Below, one piece after another: positions 1 to 10,233 of a stretch of DNA of 64,000 nucleotides (positions are counted from its first letter, which is position 1; each line of letters starts with the position of its first letter). Source of the DNA: Opitutales bacterium (GTDB lineage: Bacteria; Verrucomicrobiota; Verrucomicrobiia; Opitutales; UBA2987); contig CBDDEL010000017.1 in the NCBI GenBank assembly GCA_965226885.1, positions 448,001-512,000 on the forward strand, read 5' to 3'. The translations under genes and the position numbers were made by a program. Under the pieces are notes generated by a model. That model was given only the letters and a program-made list of their open reading frames with translations, was not told where the DNA came from and made no database searches.

Positions 1-1463
1 TACCCCAGTTGCCCGTTGGCAAAACTGCCTACCAGAAGATCGCCTTCCCTCATGTTGGGGAAACCCCTGAAGGTATCATACGCACTGCGCGTAAAAGATG
101 AAAGAATGGCGCCTTCGAGGTTGGGCGCATATTCGGTCCATAGTTTAATCATGTCGTCGCCGTGGGTATCCTTGTAATCATCCCAATTATGAGGATCCCC
201 ATGAAGAGCATAGGGCAGCTTTTCCCACATAAAGGCCGTATGCATGCCATTGGGTGCTTGAGTGGGATCGAACACGGTGGGACTACAACCCCACATTACC
301 GTTTTAGGGATAGTACCTTTCTGATGATGGCGCACTAGATGGCGCACTATTTCCGGAAACTGCTCAAAAGTCTCCAATCCTAGAACAACCATTAAAGCTT
401 CATTGAGGTGGGGATGATTTTCTGCCGCGCGGTAGCGGGGAGGTTCTTTCAGGTTAAGGTAGACACCAAACAAAGGCGCAAGGAGGTTATACTCAAAATT
501 TTCGGCCTTTTTTGCCCAGTCATCAGGCAGTGCCTTGCGGTCCAGCAGTTCGAGAAAAGTCTGTTGAGGATTGAGACTGGATGCCACGAGTTTACTCGCT
601 TTGTAGTAGCGGCCATCGGCGGTCTCCACGCCCACAGCCTTGCCGGATTCCACTTGAATCCGTTTTAGCTCAATATTCGTAACTATTTTACCACCAGTTG
701 CTTCTACAGCGCCAATAAGCGCTTTGGCAAGACGAGCGGAACCGCCACGCGCCATCTGAGGCCGCCCTTTGCTGGCCAAAAGCGCGGGTATATGATACCC
801 GAAACCCTTGCATCGTAAGTCCACCTCGCGCAGACCATTGAAGAATAGCAAGCCCGCCTGCACCGTAGGATGCTTAAATTCGCGCGTGACAAACTCGATG
901 GGTGATAGCTTGCTGGTTTCCAGTAAAAGCCGTCCCTCTGAGGTCTTTTGCAACATGGCCTCTCTCTCGGCCCAAGGAAGGGGCGGAGACTGACTTTCGG
1001 GAATGAGGATCTGTTCCACTATCGGCACAAACCGGTCGTGCCACATGACCAGGGTCTCAGCGTCATCCTGGCTGAAACGCGCAAAGGATTCTACCGTCTT
1101 TTCTAAGCTGGTCCACCATTCGAGCGCGTCGCCGTTTTTCAGGATAACGGCTGTGTTCAACTCAGGTTCGATGTAATCCAGACCGTGATTTTCAAGTTCC
1201 AGCTCTTTAAACCAGGGTAAATGCGTAACACCCGTAACACCCCTATGGAAAAATGAGTGCGTGTTATGAAGAAAGCCGGGATGTTTGGTGTCTTCGACAG
1301 TGACAGAGGCTCCGCCGGCAATCGGGCGGCGATCCAGACTCAGGGTCTTCAGCCCGGCTTTTCCCAAATGAGCCTGCGTGATGAGCCCGTTGTGGCCAGC
1401 GCCGAGAATAATCGCATCGTATTCTGTGTTATCATCTGAAATATCGTTGCGGATACTATTCAT
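1..1463 (-). CDS. FAD-dependent oxidoreductase, phytoene desaturase (COG1233)-like; 3' end runs out of the window
   Basis: Manual translation from ATG at 1463: MNSIRNDISDDNTEYDAIILGAGHNGLITQAHLGKAGLKTLSLDRRPIAGG...HPGFLHNTHS (GxGxxG FAD motif); same frame reads PNMREGDLLVG at the window edge. Absent from the ORF track, consistent with no stop inside the window. Confidence 0.8.
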   Translation of the reverse strand, partial: MNSIRNDISDDNTEYDAIILGAGHNGLITQAHLGKAGLKTLSLDRRPIAGGASVTVEDTKHPGFLHNTHSFFHRGVTGVTHLPWFKELELENHGLDYIEPELNTAVILKNGDALEWWTSLEKTVESFARFSQDDAETLVMWHDRFVPIVEQILIPESQSPPLPWAEREAMLQKTSEGRLLLETSKLSPIEFVTREFKHPTVQAGLLFFNGLREVDLRCKGFGYHIPALLASKGRPQMARGGSARLAKALIGAVEATGGKIVTNIELKRIQVESGKAVGVETADGRYYKASKLVASSLNPQQTFLELLDRKALPDDWAKKAENFEYNLLAPLFGVYLNLKEPPRYRAAENHPHLNEALMVVLGLETFEQFPEIVRHLVRHHQKGTIPKTVMWGCSPTVFDPTQAPNGMHTAFMWEKLPYALHGDPHNWDDYKDTHGDDMIKLWTEYAPNLEGAILSSFTRSAYDTFRGFPNMREGDLLVGSFANGQLG

Positions 1464-1506
1464 GCTTAGAACAATCTTCGAGATTATAGTTGATATGAGA
1501 TTATTT

Positions 1507-1524
1507 AGTAACTAAACAGTTACT
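1507..1524. promoter_or_regulatory. Palindromic putative operator AGTAACT-N4-AGTTACT in a divergent intergenic region
   Basis: Perfect 7-bp inverted repeat; same half-sites and spacing as the site at 7528-7545. Confidence 0.6.
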
Positions 1525-1557
1525 TATCAAGTCTAAATTCTCTTATTTAAAAAACAC

Positions 1558-1746
1558 ATGAGTAATAAAGGCATTCCGATTCGAGCGACATTGGTAGGCA
1601 GTGGACCGGAACGTATTAACAAAAGGCGTAGCGGTAGATGCCAGGTAGCCAGTATCGATGGACAAAATCTGTTGTTTGATTGCGGGCGCAACGCAATTCG
1701 CAATTTGATCGATGAAGTCTTTAACACAAACCTGGTGTTAAAATGA
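1558..1746 (+). pseudogene. N-terminal remnant of an MBL-fold (RNase Z/AtsA-like) metallo-hydrolase
   Basis: TLVGSG...RRSG...SIDGQNLLFDCG matches the MBL-fold N-terminus; the ORF ends at 62 aa before any HxHxDH motif. Confidence 0.6.
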
Positions 1747-2492
1747 AAATTTTGTTTACAGGCGCGGGCGGATTTCTGGGACAAGGGCTGGTCAAGCCTT
1801 TTGCTCGGGATCATGATCTGAGGCTGATCGATATTGCTGATTTCGAAACCGGCCATGAGAAACTGATGGGGGATGTATCGGACCTGGATACCGCTTTGCG
1901 TTCCGTCGAGGGTGTGGATGCCATCGTGATCGCGCATATGGCTTCGCGTCAGGCGGGCGCTTATGAAAACCCTTCCACTTGTTTCGATGCCAATGTCAGA
2001 GGGACCGCGAACCTGTTCTTTGCAGCGAATAAACTTGGAGTGAACAAAGTTTGCCTAATCTCCAGTACGGGTGCCGTTAGCGGAAATCCCGATGGTATGT
2101 ATCTGACACGTAACCTTTACCCCAAGGGACGCGATATGTACACCCTGACCAAAGCGTGTCAGGAAGTAATCGCGGAACAATACCACCGAATTTGTGGAAT
2201 CAAGACAGCAGTTCTAAGAGTGGGGGGCATTATCGATACTGACGAAGGAACGAATAAATACGGTATAAAGAAAACCGATCATATAGATGTGCTTGTCGAC
2301 CGCCGGGATATTGGCACGGTTGCAAAGCTTGCGCTGGAATTACCCAATCTCGAGTATGAAGTATTCTATGTTTACGGATGCCTTGAAGCCGATGAATTTT
2401 GCGATGCGGGTTACACCCGAAAGCGCTTGCAATGGACACCACGTTATCAAGCCAAAGATATTGCAAAAAAACTCCATTCAGGAGCAATTTGA
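1743..2492 (+). CDS. NAD-dependent epimerase/dehydratase (extended SDR)
   Basis: TGAGGFLG Rossmann motif, ISS, YTLTK (YxxxK). Confidence 0.85.
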   Translation: MKILFTGAGGFLGQGLVKPFARDHDLRLIDIADFETGHEKLMGDVSDLDTALRSVEGVDAIVIAHMASRQAGAYENPSTCFDANVRGTANLFFAANKLGVNKVCLISSTGAVSGNPDGMYLTRNLYPKGRDMYTLTKACQEVIAEQYHRICGIKTAVLRVGGIIDTDEGTNKYGIKKTDHIDVLVDRRDIGTVAKLALELPNLEYEVFYVYGCLEADEFCDAGYTRKRLQWTPRYQAKDIAKKLHSGAI

Positions 2493-2523
2493 AGAAGAAA
2501 AATCTAAATTGGCCGATTTTTAA

Positions 2524-4077
2524 ATGGAAAAATTAATCATTGATACAGAAACGGTGCAGGCGCGTATAAGCCGGCACATTTACGGGCATTTTTCGGAACA
2601 CTTGGGGCGTTGCATATACGGAGGCTTCTGGGTGGGCGAAGATTCCAAAATTCCCAACACAAGGGGTATTCGCGACGACATCGTCGAGGCGCTGCGACGA
2701 ATCAAGATACCCAATCTACGTTGGCCCGGCGGCTGTTTCGCCGATGAGTACAATTGGATGGACGGGATCGGGCCGAGGGAAAAACGCCCCGTCATGGTCA
2801 ACACCCATTGGGGCGGCGTGACCGAGAACAATCATTTTGGAACCCACGAATTCATGGATCTCTGCCAGCAGCTCGGCTGTGAAGCCTACGTGGCTGGAAA
2901 TATGGGCAGCGGGACCGTTCGGGAGATGCAGCAGTGGGTGGAATACCTCAACTTAGGCGGCGTCAGCCCGATGGCGAACCTGCGCGCCGCTAACGGGCGC
3001 AAAGAGCCCTGGAACGTGAAATTCTTTGGCGTGGGCAATGAAAACTGGACCTGCGGCGGCAATATGCGGGCGGAGTATTATGCCGACGAGTATAGGCGTT
3101 ATGCGACCTATTGCCGTGATTTTGCGAACGACGATTTTTCCTTCAGTCGGGATAGCGGCGAGGTCCTCTTGTTCAAAATTGCCTGCGGTCCAAAATCCCG
3201 CGACTACAATTGGACGGAGGTGCTCATGGACCGGATATCGCCCCGGCAGATGCAAGGGCTGGCCCTGCACTACTACACCATACCCGGTTCCCCGCGTGCA
3301 TTGTCTATTCCATATACCGAAGGGCGGGACATCGCGGAGAAGAGGGGTTCGGCCACGGAATTCACCGCCACGGACTGGTTTGCCACCATGAAAAGAGCGC
3401 TTATTATGGAGGAGCTGGTAGAGAAACATTCCGCCATCATGGACAAATATGATCCCGAAAAAAAGGTCGCGTTAGTGGTGGATGAATGGGGTACCTGGTA
3501 TGAATCGGAAGCGGGCACCAACCCCGGTTTTCTCTACCAGCAGAACACGCTGCGGGACGCATTGGTGGCCGGGCTGACGCTCAATATTTTCAACAACCAC
3601 TGTGAGCGCGTGCGATTGGCCTGCATTGCCCAGACGATCAACGTGCTGCAAGCCATGATCCTCACGGATGAGGAAAAGATGACGGTCACGCCCAGTTATC
3701 ATGTCTTCGAGATGTACAAAGTGCACCACAACGCAACCCGGCTCCCCATCGAATTGGAGTGCGGTCCCTACCGAAGCGGTAAAAAGGAAATCCCCTCCCT
3801 CTCCGCCTCGGCTTCCCGGCAGGACGATGGTAAAGTGCACCTCTCTATTTGCAATTTGCATCCCGATGAAGACAAGGAGGTATCCGTGGAATTTCGCGGA
3901 CTGCGCCCCCGGTCCGTCAAAGGGCGGATACTCACTTCCGGGTCAATGAACGCCCACAACACATTTGATCAACCAGAGCGCATAAGGCCGGTGGAATTCA
4001 GCGAGGCGAGATGCCAAGGGCAGAGTGTTTACCTGAAAGCGCCGGATAAATCCGTCATTGTTCTGGAAATTGACTGA
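2524..4077 (+). CDS. abfA: Alpha-L-arabinofuranosidase, GH51
   Basis: [48 protein letters not shown] motifs. Confidence 0.92.
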   Translation: MEKLIIDTETVQARISRHIYGHFSEHLGRCIYGGFWVGEDSKIPNTRGIRDDIVEALRRIKIPNLRWPGGCFADEYNWMDGIGPREKRPVMVNTHWGGVTENNHFGTHEFMDLCQQLGCEAYVAGNMGSGTVREMQQWVEYLNLGGVSPMANLRAANGRKEPWNVKFFGVGNENWTCGGNMRAEYYADEYRRYATYCRDFANDDFSFSRDSGEVLLFKIACGPKSRDYNWTEVLMDRISPRQMQGLALHYYTIPGSPRALSIPYTEGRDIAEKRGSATEFTATDWFATMKRALIMEELVEKHSAIMDKYDPEKKVALVVDEWGTWYESEAGTNPGFLYQQNTLRDALVAGLTLNIFNNHCERVRLACIAQTINVLQAMILTDEEKMTVTPSYHVFEMYKVHHNATRLPIELECGPYRSGKKEIPSLSASASRQDDGKVHLSICNLHPDEDKEVSVEFRGLRPRSVKGRILTSGSMNAHNTFDQPERIRPVEFSEARCQGQSVYLKAPDKSVIVLEID

Positions 4078-4097
4078 ACCCGGCGCCCGGACGGTTT

Positions 4098-5423
4098 CTA
4101 GGTTGCGACCGATTTCTCCTTCAGGGCGTCGGTGACGATTTCCAAAGTCTTTTTGATGTCCTCTTCGGTGTGGGCGCAACTGATGAACCATATGCCCCGG
4201 CAGGTCGTGCGGACTCCCCGGCGCAACAAGGCTTCCCGCAGCCGGAACCAGCGTTGGCGGTCATTGTGGAGCACGTAGTCGCGGTAATTGCGTGGAGCGG
4301 ATTGGTCCGTCACGGTAACCTGAAAAACCGCCCCCGGTCCGCTCACACACAAAGGAATACCCGCGCGCGCACCAAGTTCAGTCAAGCCCTCCATAAGCCG
4401 CCGGCCCAGTCTTTGCAATCGTTCGGCATAACCTTGGTCCGTCTCCAGAGCGCCCAAGGCGGCTTTGGCCGAGGCCAGGCAGAGGGGGTTGCCGTTGAGC
4501 GTGCCGGCATGGACGACATCGCCGTTGATAATATGCTGCATCAATTCCTCGCGGGCTCCGAGGGCCGCAATGGGCACGCCTCCGCCGAGAGCTTTGCCCA
4601 GGACGCAGATGTCGGGCCGCACCCCGCTCCAGCTTTCGGCTCCTCCCAGTCCGAAACGGAATCCGCTTATGGTTTCATCGAAAACGAGCACCGTCCCGTG
4701 TTCGTCGCAGAGGTTCCTCAAGTGCTGCAGAAACCCCGCTTCGGGCTGGATGCAGCCATTGTTGCAAAGTGTCGGTTCACAGATAATGGCGGCAATTTCA
4801 CCACCGTGCCGCGCGAACAGATTGTCCACCGATTCCGGGTTGTTCCACTGGGCCAGGAGGTGGTATGAGGCAAGTTCGGGTATAATGCCCTGGCTCAAAT
4901 GCCGGGGCGGGGTTCCATCTCCCTCCACGCCGTTCCAGGTATCCGGGGGCGGAGCGACTCCGAAAAGGCCTTCGTCGTTCCAACCGTGGTAGTGCCCCTC
5001 GAAGCGGAGAAATTTCCACTTTCCGGTATGGAAACGTGCCAACCGTGTGACCGCGATAAGTATCTCGGTAGCTGAATTGCCGAAACGCACCTTTTCACAA
5101 ACCGGGATATGTTTTTGCAGAAATTCGGCTACATCGATTTCGAGCCGGGACTGCGCGGCCCAATGGGTTCCTTTACCGGCTTGATCGCAGAGCGCCTTGG
5201 CGATGGAGGGATGGGCGTGCCCCAAAAGGAGCGCCCCCTGTCCGATCTGGTAGTCGATGTACTCGTTGCCGTCCTCATCCCACAGGCGGGAACCCCGGCC
5301 ATGCGTGTGGTAGAGGGGGACCGGCGTTTCCATCAGCCGAATGCCGGAATTGACTCCGCCTGCGATGGAATTTTTGGCCCGATCGAAAAGTTCTTTTGAT
5401 TGGTTGAATGAGTGATTATTCAT
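4098..5423 (-). CDS. Class III PLP aminotransferase, glutamate-1-semialdehyde aminomutase-like
   Basis: GGVNSGIR, FEGHYHGW, FDETISGFR, LGKALGGG (PLP Lys), HAGTLNGNP. Confidence 0.85.
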   Translation of the reverse strand: MNNHSFNQSKELFDRAKNSIAGGVNSGIRLMETPVPLYHTHGRGSRLWDEDGNEYIDYQIGQGALLLGHAHPSIAKALCDQAGKGTHWAAQSRLEIDVAEFLQKHIPVCEKVRFGNSATEILIAVTRLARFHTGKWKFLRFEGHYHGWNDEGLFGVAPPPDTWNGVEGDGTPPRHLSQGIIPELASYHLLAQWNNPESVDNLFARHGGEIAAIICEPTLCNNGCIQPEAGFLQHLRNLCDEHGTVLVFDETISGFRFGLGGAESWSGVRPDICVLGKALGGGVPIAALGAREELMQHIINGDVVHAGTLNGNPLCLASAKAALGALETDQGYAERLQRLGRRLMEGLTELGARAGIPLCVSGPGAVFQVTVTDQSAPRNYRDYVLHNDRQRWFRLREALLRRGVRTTCRGIWFISCAHTEEDIKKTLEIVTDALKEKSVAT

Positions 5424-5467
5424 GGATTTTTAGCGGCTGTGTCTTCCCGCTCCGATAACGGCGATTT

Positions 5468-6235
5468 TCATTGTTGGAAACTCAAAACCCCGTCATCCGG
5501 CCCGGTTGGGCAGGCTTCCTTGGAGGCATCGAAGCGGCCGATACCGGTGGTTATACGCTTATTGCTCAAGGCATTGAAGCATATGATAAAGGAGCGGCGC
5601 GACTTGCCGGAGGTGTTGGCTTGGGAGCCGTGCAGGAGATTACAATTGAAATAAAGAACCGACCCGGGCTCCATTTCGCAGTAAACACGCTCGAACAGCG
5701 GTTCCAACTGGGCCATGCGGTTTGGATCGACAGCGGTTTGTTGTCCGATTTTGCAGTGCTCCAGCCGACCCAGTAAATGTGAACCTCTGAGGACTTCAAG
5801 GCAGCCATTTTCCCTAGTGGCGGCATCGAGAGCGACGAAGGCGCTTATCATGCGGGGAAAGACAAAACCATTGTTGTACCAATAACCGTAATCCTGGTGC
5901 CATTCCCAGGCTCCGCCAGTCTTCGGCTCCTTCAAAATAACCTTGCCATGATAGAAGGAGATTTCCTCGCCGAGCAGAATGCGCACCCGATTGACGATGC
6001 CAGGTAAAGTAGTGACGGCCGACCAAATGTCGTCCTTCAACTCGTTCCAAATGGCCAGCCGGACCAATTTCCCCGTCCCGTCAACGGTTGAGCTGCCCTC
6101 GGTTTGGACCCGTCCGTTGCCTTCGATGGCATCGGTCAAGAGATTTACCTCATCACTGTTGATGACATCCGGAACCAGGAGATATCCGTCCCGGTGGTAT
6201 TGGGCTGCTTGTTCTTCGTTTAGTTGCAATGGCAT
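5468..6235 (-). CDS. Phytanoyl-CoA dioxygenase family Fe(II)/2OG hydroxylase
   Basis: WEWHQDYGYW (HxD), ENGCL, LLHGSQAN..SRR; likely start MPLQL at 6235 after a GAAGGA RBS. Confidence 0.85.
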   Translation of the reverse strand: MPLQLNEEQAAQYHRDGYLLVPDVINSDEVNLLTDAIEGNGRVQTEGSSTVDGTGKLVRLAIWNELKDDIWSAVTTLPGIVNRVRILLGEEISFYHGKVILKEPKTGGAWEWHQDYGYWYNNGFVFPRMISAFVALDAATRENGCLEVLRGSHLLGRLEHCKIGQQTAVDPNRMAQLEPLFERVYCEMEPGSVLYFNCNLLHGSQANTSGKSRRSFIICFNALSNKRITTGIGRFDASKEACPTGPDDGVLSFQQ

Positions 6236-6290
6236 AACATTTTTCCTTCTCGATATTGATTGAAAACAAAATAAGATGTGAATTAAAAAA

Positions 6291-7502
6291 TTACTCTCGA
6301 AACCAGCGTTCACCCGGTTTGGCGTAGAGACGGGCCGCCGATTCATTCAAGGTCACGCCGATTCCCGGTTTGTCCGTTATGGCAACTCGTCCTCCTTGAA
6401 TGATGGGTTCCTCCTCGATTAAATCGTTCCAGAAAGGCACGTCCTGCCCGTGGTATTCGAGGACCGCGAAATTGGCCGAGGCCGCACAAACATGAGCCGC
6501 CGCCATCAAACCGAGGGGACCCGCGATATTATGCGGGGCCAGGGATACGCCATAGCGGTCCGAGATGTCGGCGATTTTTTTGGCCTCGGCCACGCCCCCG
6601 CATTTTTGCACATCCGGGGCAATGAAATCGATGGCCTGAGCCTCCAGCAGGGGAAGAACTCCGTAAACCAAATAAAGATTTTCACCCGTTAAAATGCGAA
6701 CTCGGGAAGCTTTTTTGACCTCGGCGATATGCCGCCAGTCTTCCGGCGGGCAGGGGTCTTCCAGCCAATACGGGTTAGTCGATTCGATGGCGTGGGCGAT
6801 GCGGATGGCGTCGGCCGGTTTGAACCGGAAATGGCAATCCCATGCCAAATCCACGTCGTCTCCGACGGCCTCCCTCACAGCCTGGACCACAGCCTCCATT
6901 TTAGCCAATTCTTTATTGGACAGGGGCCGGTGCATCTCGTCTCCGGGTGAGACGACGATATAGTCGAGATCGAATTTCAAGGCATCGAAGCCTTTGTCCA
7001 CAACCTCCTGAGCCCTCTTGGCGTAAGCTTCCGGCATATAAATCTCCGACGGGCGTTCCCCTTCACCCTCTTTCATCCATTTTGGGAAGCGTTTTTCATG
7101 CATGGGCGAAATGCTTGATATATTTTCTCCCGCGTGGCTGTCGGCATATATGCGCACGGAATCGTGAATCTTTCCCCCCAGAAGTTGATAAACGGGGATC
7201 CCGTAAAATTTGCCGGCAATGTCGTGCAGGGCCGCGTCCACACCGCTAATGGCATTCCAGATGATGCCCGCGCTGGATCCAGCGCCGCTTCCTTTCCGCG
7301 CCAGGTAGCGGATGTTGCGTTCCAGTTCCCGCGGATCGCGCCCGATCAAGAGCCCTTCCATATCCCGCAGGATAGCCGTCAGGCCGGGTGCGGGGAAACA
7401 TTCTCCGGTGCCGTCGAGGCCATCCTGGTCTGTGTAGAGGCGCACATAGGTATAGTCGAGATTGGCCTCTACGACGGCTGTGGAAAGTCCGGTAATTTTC
7501 AT
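6291..7502 (-). CDS. Mandelate racemase/enolase superfamily dehydratase
   Basis: AISGVDAALHDIAGK, LKFD, WDCH, WLEDP, TGEN, APHN, LEYH; likely start MKITG at 7502. Confidence 0.88.
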   Translation of the reverse strand: MKITGLSTAVVEANLDYTYVRLYTDQDGLDGTGECFPAPGLTAILRDMEGLLIGRDPRELERNIRYLARKGSGAGSSAGIIWNAISGVDAALHDIAGKFYGIPVYQLLGGKIHDSVRIYADSHAGENISSISPMHEKRFPKWMKEGEGERPSEIYMPEAYAKRAQEVVDKGFDALKFDLDYIVVSPGDEMHRPLSNKELAKMEAVVQAVREAVGDDVDLAWDCHFRFKPADAIRIAHAIESTNPYWLEDPCPPEDWRHIAEVKKASRVRILTGENLYLVYGVLPLLEAQAIDFIAPDVQKCGGVAEAKKIADISDRYGVSLAPHNIAGPLGLMAAAHVCAASANFAVLEYHGQDVPFWNDLIEEEPIIQGGRVAITDKPGIGVTLNESAARLYAKPGERWFRE

Positions 7503-7526
7503 ATTGAAACCATTCGGGATTGACAA

Positions 7527-7546
7527 AAGTAACCAACTGGTTACTT
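7527..7546. promoter_or_regulatory. Palindromic putative operator AAGTAACCA-AC-TGGTTACTT next to a TTGACA
   Basis: Perfect 9-bp inverted repeat in a 66-bp divergent intergenic region; TTGACA at 7520-7525. Confidence 0.65.
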
Positions 7547-7568
7547 CAAAGTGTTATAGTTTTCGACA

Positions 7569-8477
7569 ATGTCAATTGAAATGAATGTGATAGAGAATCA
7601 TTGGCCCCCCCTTGAAGGGACGCTGGAAGAAATTGTCGGCCGACACGAAAATCCCATGGGTGCGCTCGCGAATGGCGAAACACCTGCCATTATTCTGCTT
7701 GGCGCCTACCGGCAATCCCAGTGTACGCAGTTGGTAGATCGTTTTTACGAGCGCAATTTGGTGGAGAACCTGCCCCTACCAGGCGAAACTATTCCACCAG
7801 AACCGGCATTAAAGCGGGTCGATATTGGAACCAGCTTGGGAAATATAGGAGAGCAGCCGGAAGCATTTTTTACCAGAGCCCGAGAGACTCATGCCTTATT
7901 TCAAACCCTTTTTGAGGGATTGGATAATCCCGTTGAACTTCTTTATAATGCACTCAGCGCCCTTTCTCCGGGTAAAACGGCGAAAACAGCCCGCGAGCCC
8001 GATGGCCGTTTGTATGGGCCCGCCATTTTCCGATGTCATATGCCCCATGCCGGGTATCCACCGCACATTGATTCGGTCCGGCAGAGGGAAAAGCGCACCG
8101 GATATGCCGTCCACCGTTTCGAGCGTCAGTTGGCGGGTATACTTTGCCTGCAAACACCGGATCGGAGCGCGCATAGTTGCGATGCCATCCAATACCGGTG
8201 CACCTGGAACGAGGAGTTGAGCCGTTTATTGCAGACCGAATGGACCGGCCGCGAACAGGTCATGAAAACCTCTTTTAACCGCGAGCCTTTCAACCGGTTC
8301 ATAGCGGAAAACGGCATTCCCTCCTGCCGGGTAGTCCTTTCCCCCGGCGATATGTATTTTTTCAATACCGAATACCTGCACGAAGTGCCCGCTTTTAAGG
8401 GAAACCGCGTCCGTATTGTGGAAGCGACTTTTTTTGGTTACTCAAGAGGCGATCCCGATATATTCGTATGGTCGTAA
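7569..8477 (+). CDS. Putative Fe(II)/2OG-type dioxygenase of unknown substrate
   Basis: PPHIDS (HxD), PGDMYFFNTEYLHEV (distal His), followed by RVR. Confidence 0.6.
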   Translation: MSIEMNVIENHWPPLEGTLEEIVGRHENPMGALANGETPAIILLGAYRQSQCTQLVDRFYERNLVENLPLPGETIPPEPALKRVDIGTSLGNIGEQPEAFFTRARETHALFQTLFEGLDNPVELLYNALSALSPGKTAKTAREPDGRLYGPAIFRCHMPHAGYPPHIDSVRQREKRTGYAVHRFERQLAGILCLQTPDRSAHSCDAIQYRCTWNEELSRLLQTEWTGREQVMKTSFNREPFNRFIAENGIPSCRVVLSPGDMYFFNTEYLHEVPAFKGNRVRIVEATFFGYSRGDPDIFVWS

Positions 8478-8509
8478 TAATTCGGGAAAGAGGTTTTTCC
8501 TAACAAATC

Positions 8510-9865
8510 ATGGAAAACGTGAATACAGGCAAAAAAAAATCTGGCAGTGCGTTAGCCATCCACGGCGGTTCCAGGGCGGTCGCCGGCAATCCCACCGACC
8601 TTTGCCAGTGGCCGATTATCACAGCGGAGGATGAGGAGGCGGTTTTAGGTGTTCTCCGAAGAGGAGCAGCGATTTCCGATTGGGACATCAGCACGAAATT
8701 TGAGGAAGAGTTTTCCCAATGGCAGGGTTGCCGCCATGCCATTACCTATCCCAATGGGACGGCGGCTATATTGGCCGCCATGTACGGGTTGAAAATCGGG
8801 GTGGGCGACGAGGTCATTTGTCCCAGCATCACGTTTTGGGGAAGCATCCTGCAGTCCTACTCACTCGGGGCAACTCCCGTTTTTGCCGACATCGACCGGC
8901 AAACCCTCTGCCTCGATCCGAAAACCCTGGAGGCCTGGATTACACCTCGGACAAAAGCCATCGTGGTGGTCCATTATTGTGGGCATCCGGCCGACGTGGA
9001 CGCCATTATGGAAATTGCGGCAGGCAGGAATATAAAAGTGCTGGAAGATGTTTCCCATTCCCAGGGAGGGCTTTACAAAGAACAAAGGGTGGGTTCATTC
9101 GGGCACGTTGCCGCTACCTCGCTGATGGCCCAGAAATCCCTGGTTGCCGGGGAGGGCGGAATGGCCTGGACGGAGGATCAGGAAATCTATGACCGTATGG
9201 TGGCCTGGGGCCATTACAACCTCTTCAAACCGGATATCGAGACGGACTATCTGAGGAAGTATGCCGGTTTGCCATTGGGTGGAAACAAGGGCCGGTTGAA
9301 CCAGATGTCAGCCGCCCTGGGTCGTGTGCAACTAAAGCAGTACGATAAACGCTGCGCCGAAATCCGCAAGGCCATGAATTATTTTTGGAATCGCATGGAA
9401 GGCATACCAGGTGTTTATGGGCATCGCGTGGATGAAGGCTCCGGCAGCAACATGGCCGGATGGTATTCGCCCAAAGCACATTTTCGATCAAATGAACTGG
9501 GAGGTCTTTCCCTGACCGCATTCTCACGCGCTGTCCGGGCCGAAGGGAGTGCCGTAATGCCCGGCTGTAACTTGCCGCTCCATTTGCATCCCGTTTTTAT
9601 CGATGCCGACATTTACGGTCACGGCCGGCCTACCCGCTGTGCTTTTTCCGAGTCCCCGATTCGCCAGCCGGCGGGAAGCCTTCCGGTCAGTGAATCGATA
9701 AACGCGAGGGTTTTCGGGTTCGAACTTTTTGTCCACTTTCGGCCCAAGGAGATAGACGAGCATGTGGAGGCTTACCGCAAGGTGGCGTTTAATTACAGGG
9801 AACTGTTGGCCGACGACCCCGGTGATGGGGCTGGAATAGGAGCCTGGAGCGGCTCTTTCGGCTGA
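8510..9865 (+). CDS. DegT/DnrJ/EryC1/StrS family PLP aminotransferase
   Basis: NGTAAI, VGDEVI, ITPRTKAIVVVHYCG, LEDVSHS, SLMAQKSLVAGEGG. Confidence 0.9.
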   Translation: MENVNTGKKKSGSALAIHGGSRAVAGNPTDLCQWPIITAEDEEAVLGVLRRGAAISDWDISTKFEEEFSQWQGCRHAITYPNGTAAILAAMYGLKIGVGDEVICPSITFWGSILQSYSLGATPVFADIDRQTLCLDPKTLEAWITPRTKAIVVVHYCGHPADVDAIMEIAAGRNIKVLEDVSHSQGGLYKEQRVGSFGHVAATSLMAQKSLVAGEGGMAWTEDQEIYDRMVAWGHYNLFKPDIETDYLRKYAGLPLGGNKGRLNQMSAALGRVQLKQYDKRCAEIRKAMNYFWNRMEGIPGVYGHRVDEGSGSNMAGWYSPKAHFRSNELGGLSLTAFSRAVRAEGSAVMPGCNLPLHLHPVFIDADIYGHGRPTRCAFSESPIRQPAGSLPVSESINARVFGFELFVHFRPKEIDEHVEAYRKVAFNYRELLADDPGDGAGIGAWSGSFG

Positions 9866-10202
9866 TGAGCCATGTGGTATTGAAGCCCGCCTTGAGCGCT
9901 ATTGCAAAAATCAAAAAACGCTTGTCGACGGTATGCGCGCTTTGGGGTTTGAATGCCTTTTGCCGAGAGAGTGGCAATCCCCGTTCATCACCTCCTTTCT
10001 TTATCCCCATGACGAAGCGCTCACTTTCCAGCGATTTTATACTGAATTGAAATCCCTGGGGTTTGTTATCTACCCGGGAAAAGTTACCACGGGAGATACT
10101 TTCCGCATTGGAAATATCGGAGATATAGACCCGGTAGATTTTCAGGAACTGATTAAAGCGGTCAAAGAATCGATGTATTGGAAGCAAATGAATCAAAAAT
10201 AA
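9864..10202 (+). pseudogene. phnW: C-terminal remnant of 2-aminoethylphosphonate-pyruvate transaminase
   Basis: Frame reads GIEARLERYCKNQKTLVDGMRALGFECLLPREWQSPFITSFLYP...FYTELKSLGFVIYPGKVTTGDTFRIGNIG, typical of the PhnW C-terminus; the N-terminal two thirds are absent. Confidence 0.75.
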
Positions 10203-10233
10203 CCTAATGAATCCATGATAAGAAAATGGATCG

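Noticed and set aside
4098..5423. Assigning the symbol hemL
   Set aside because: Only family-level similarity; the context is catabolic with no tetrapyrrole genes.
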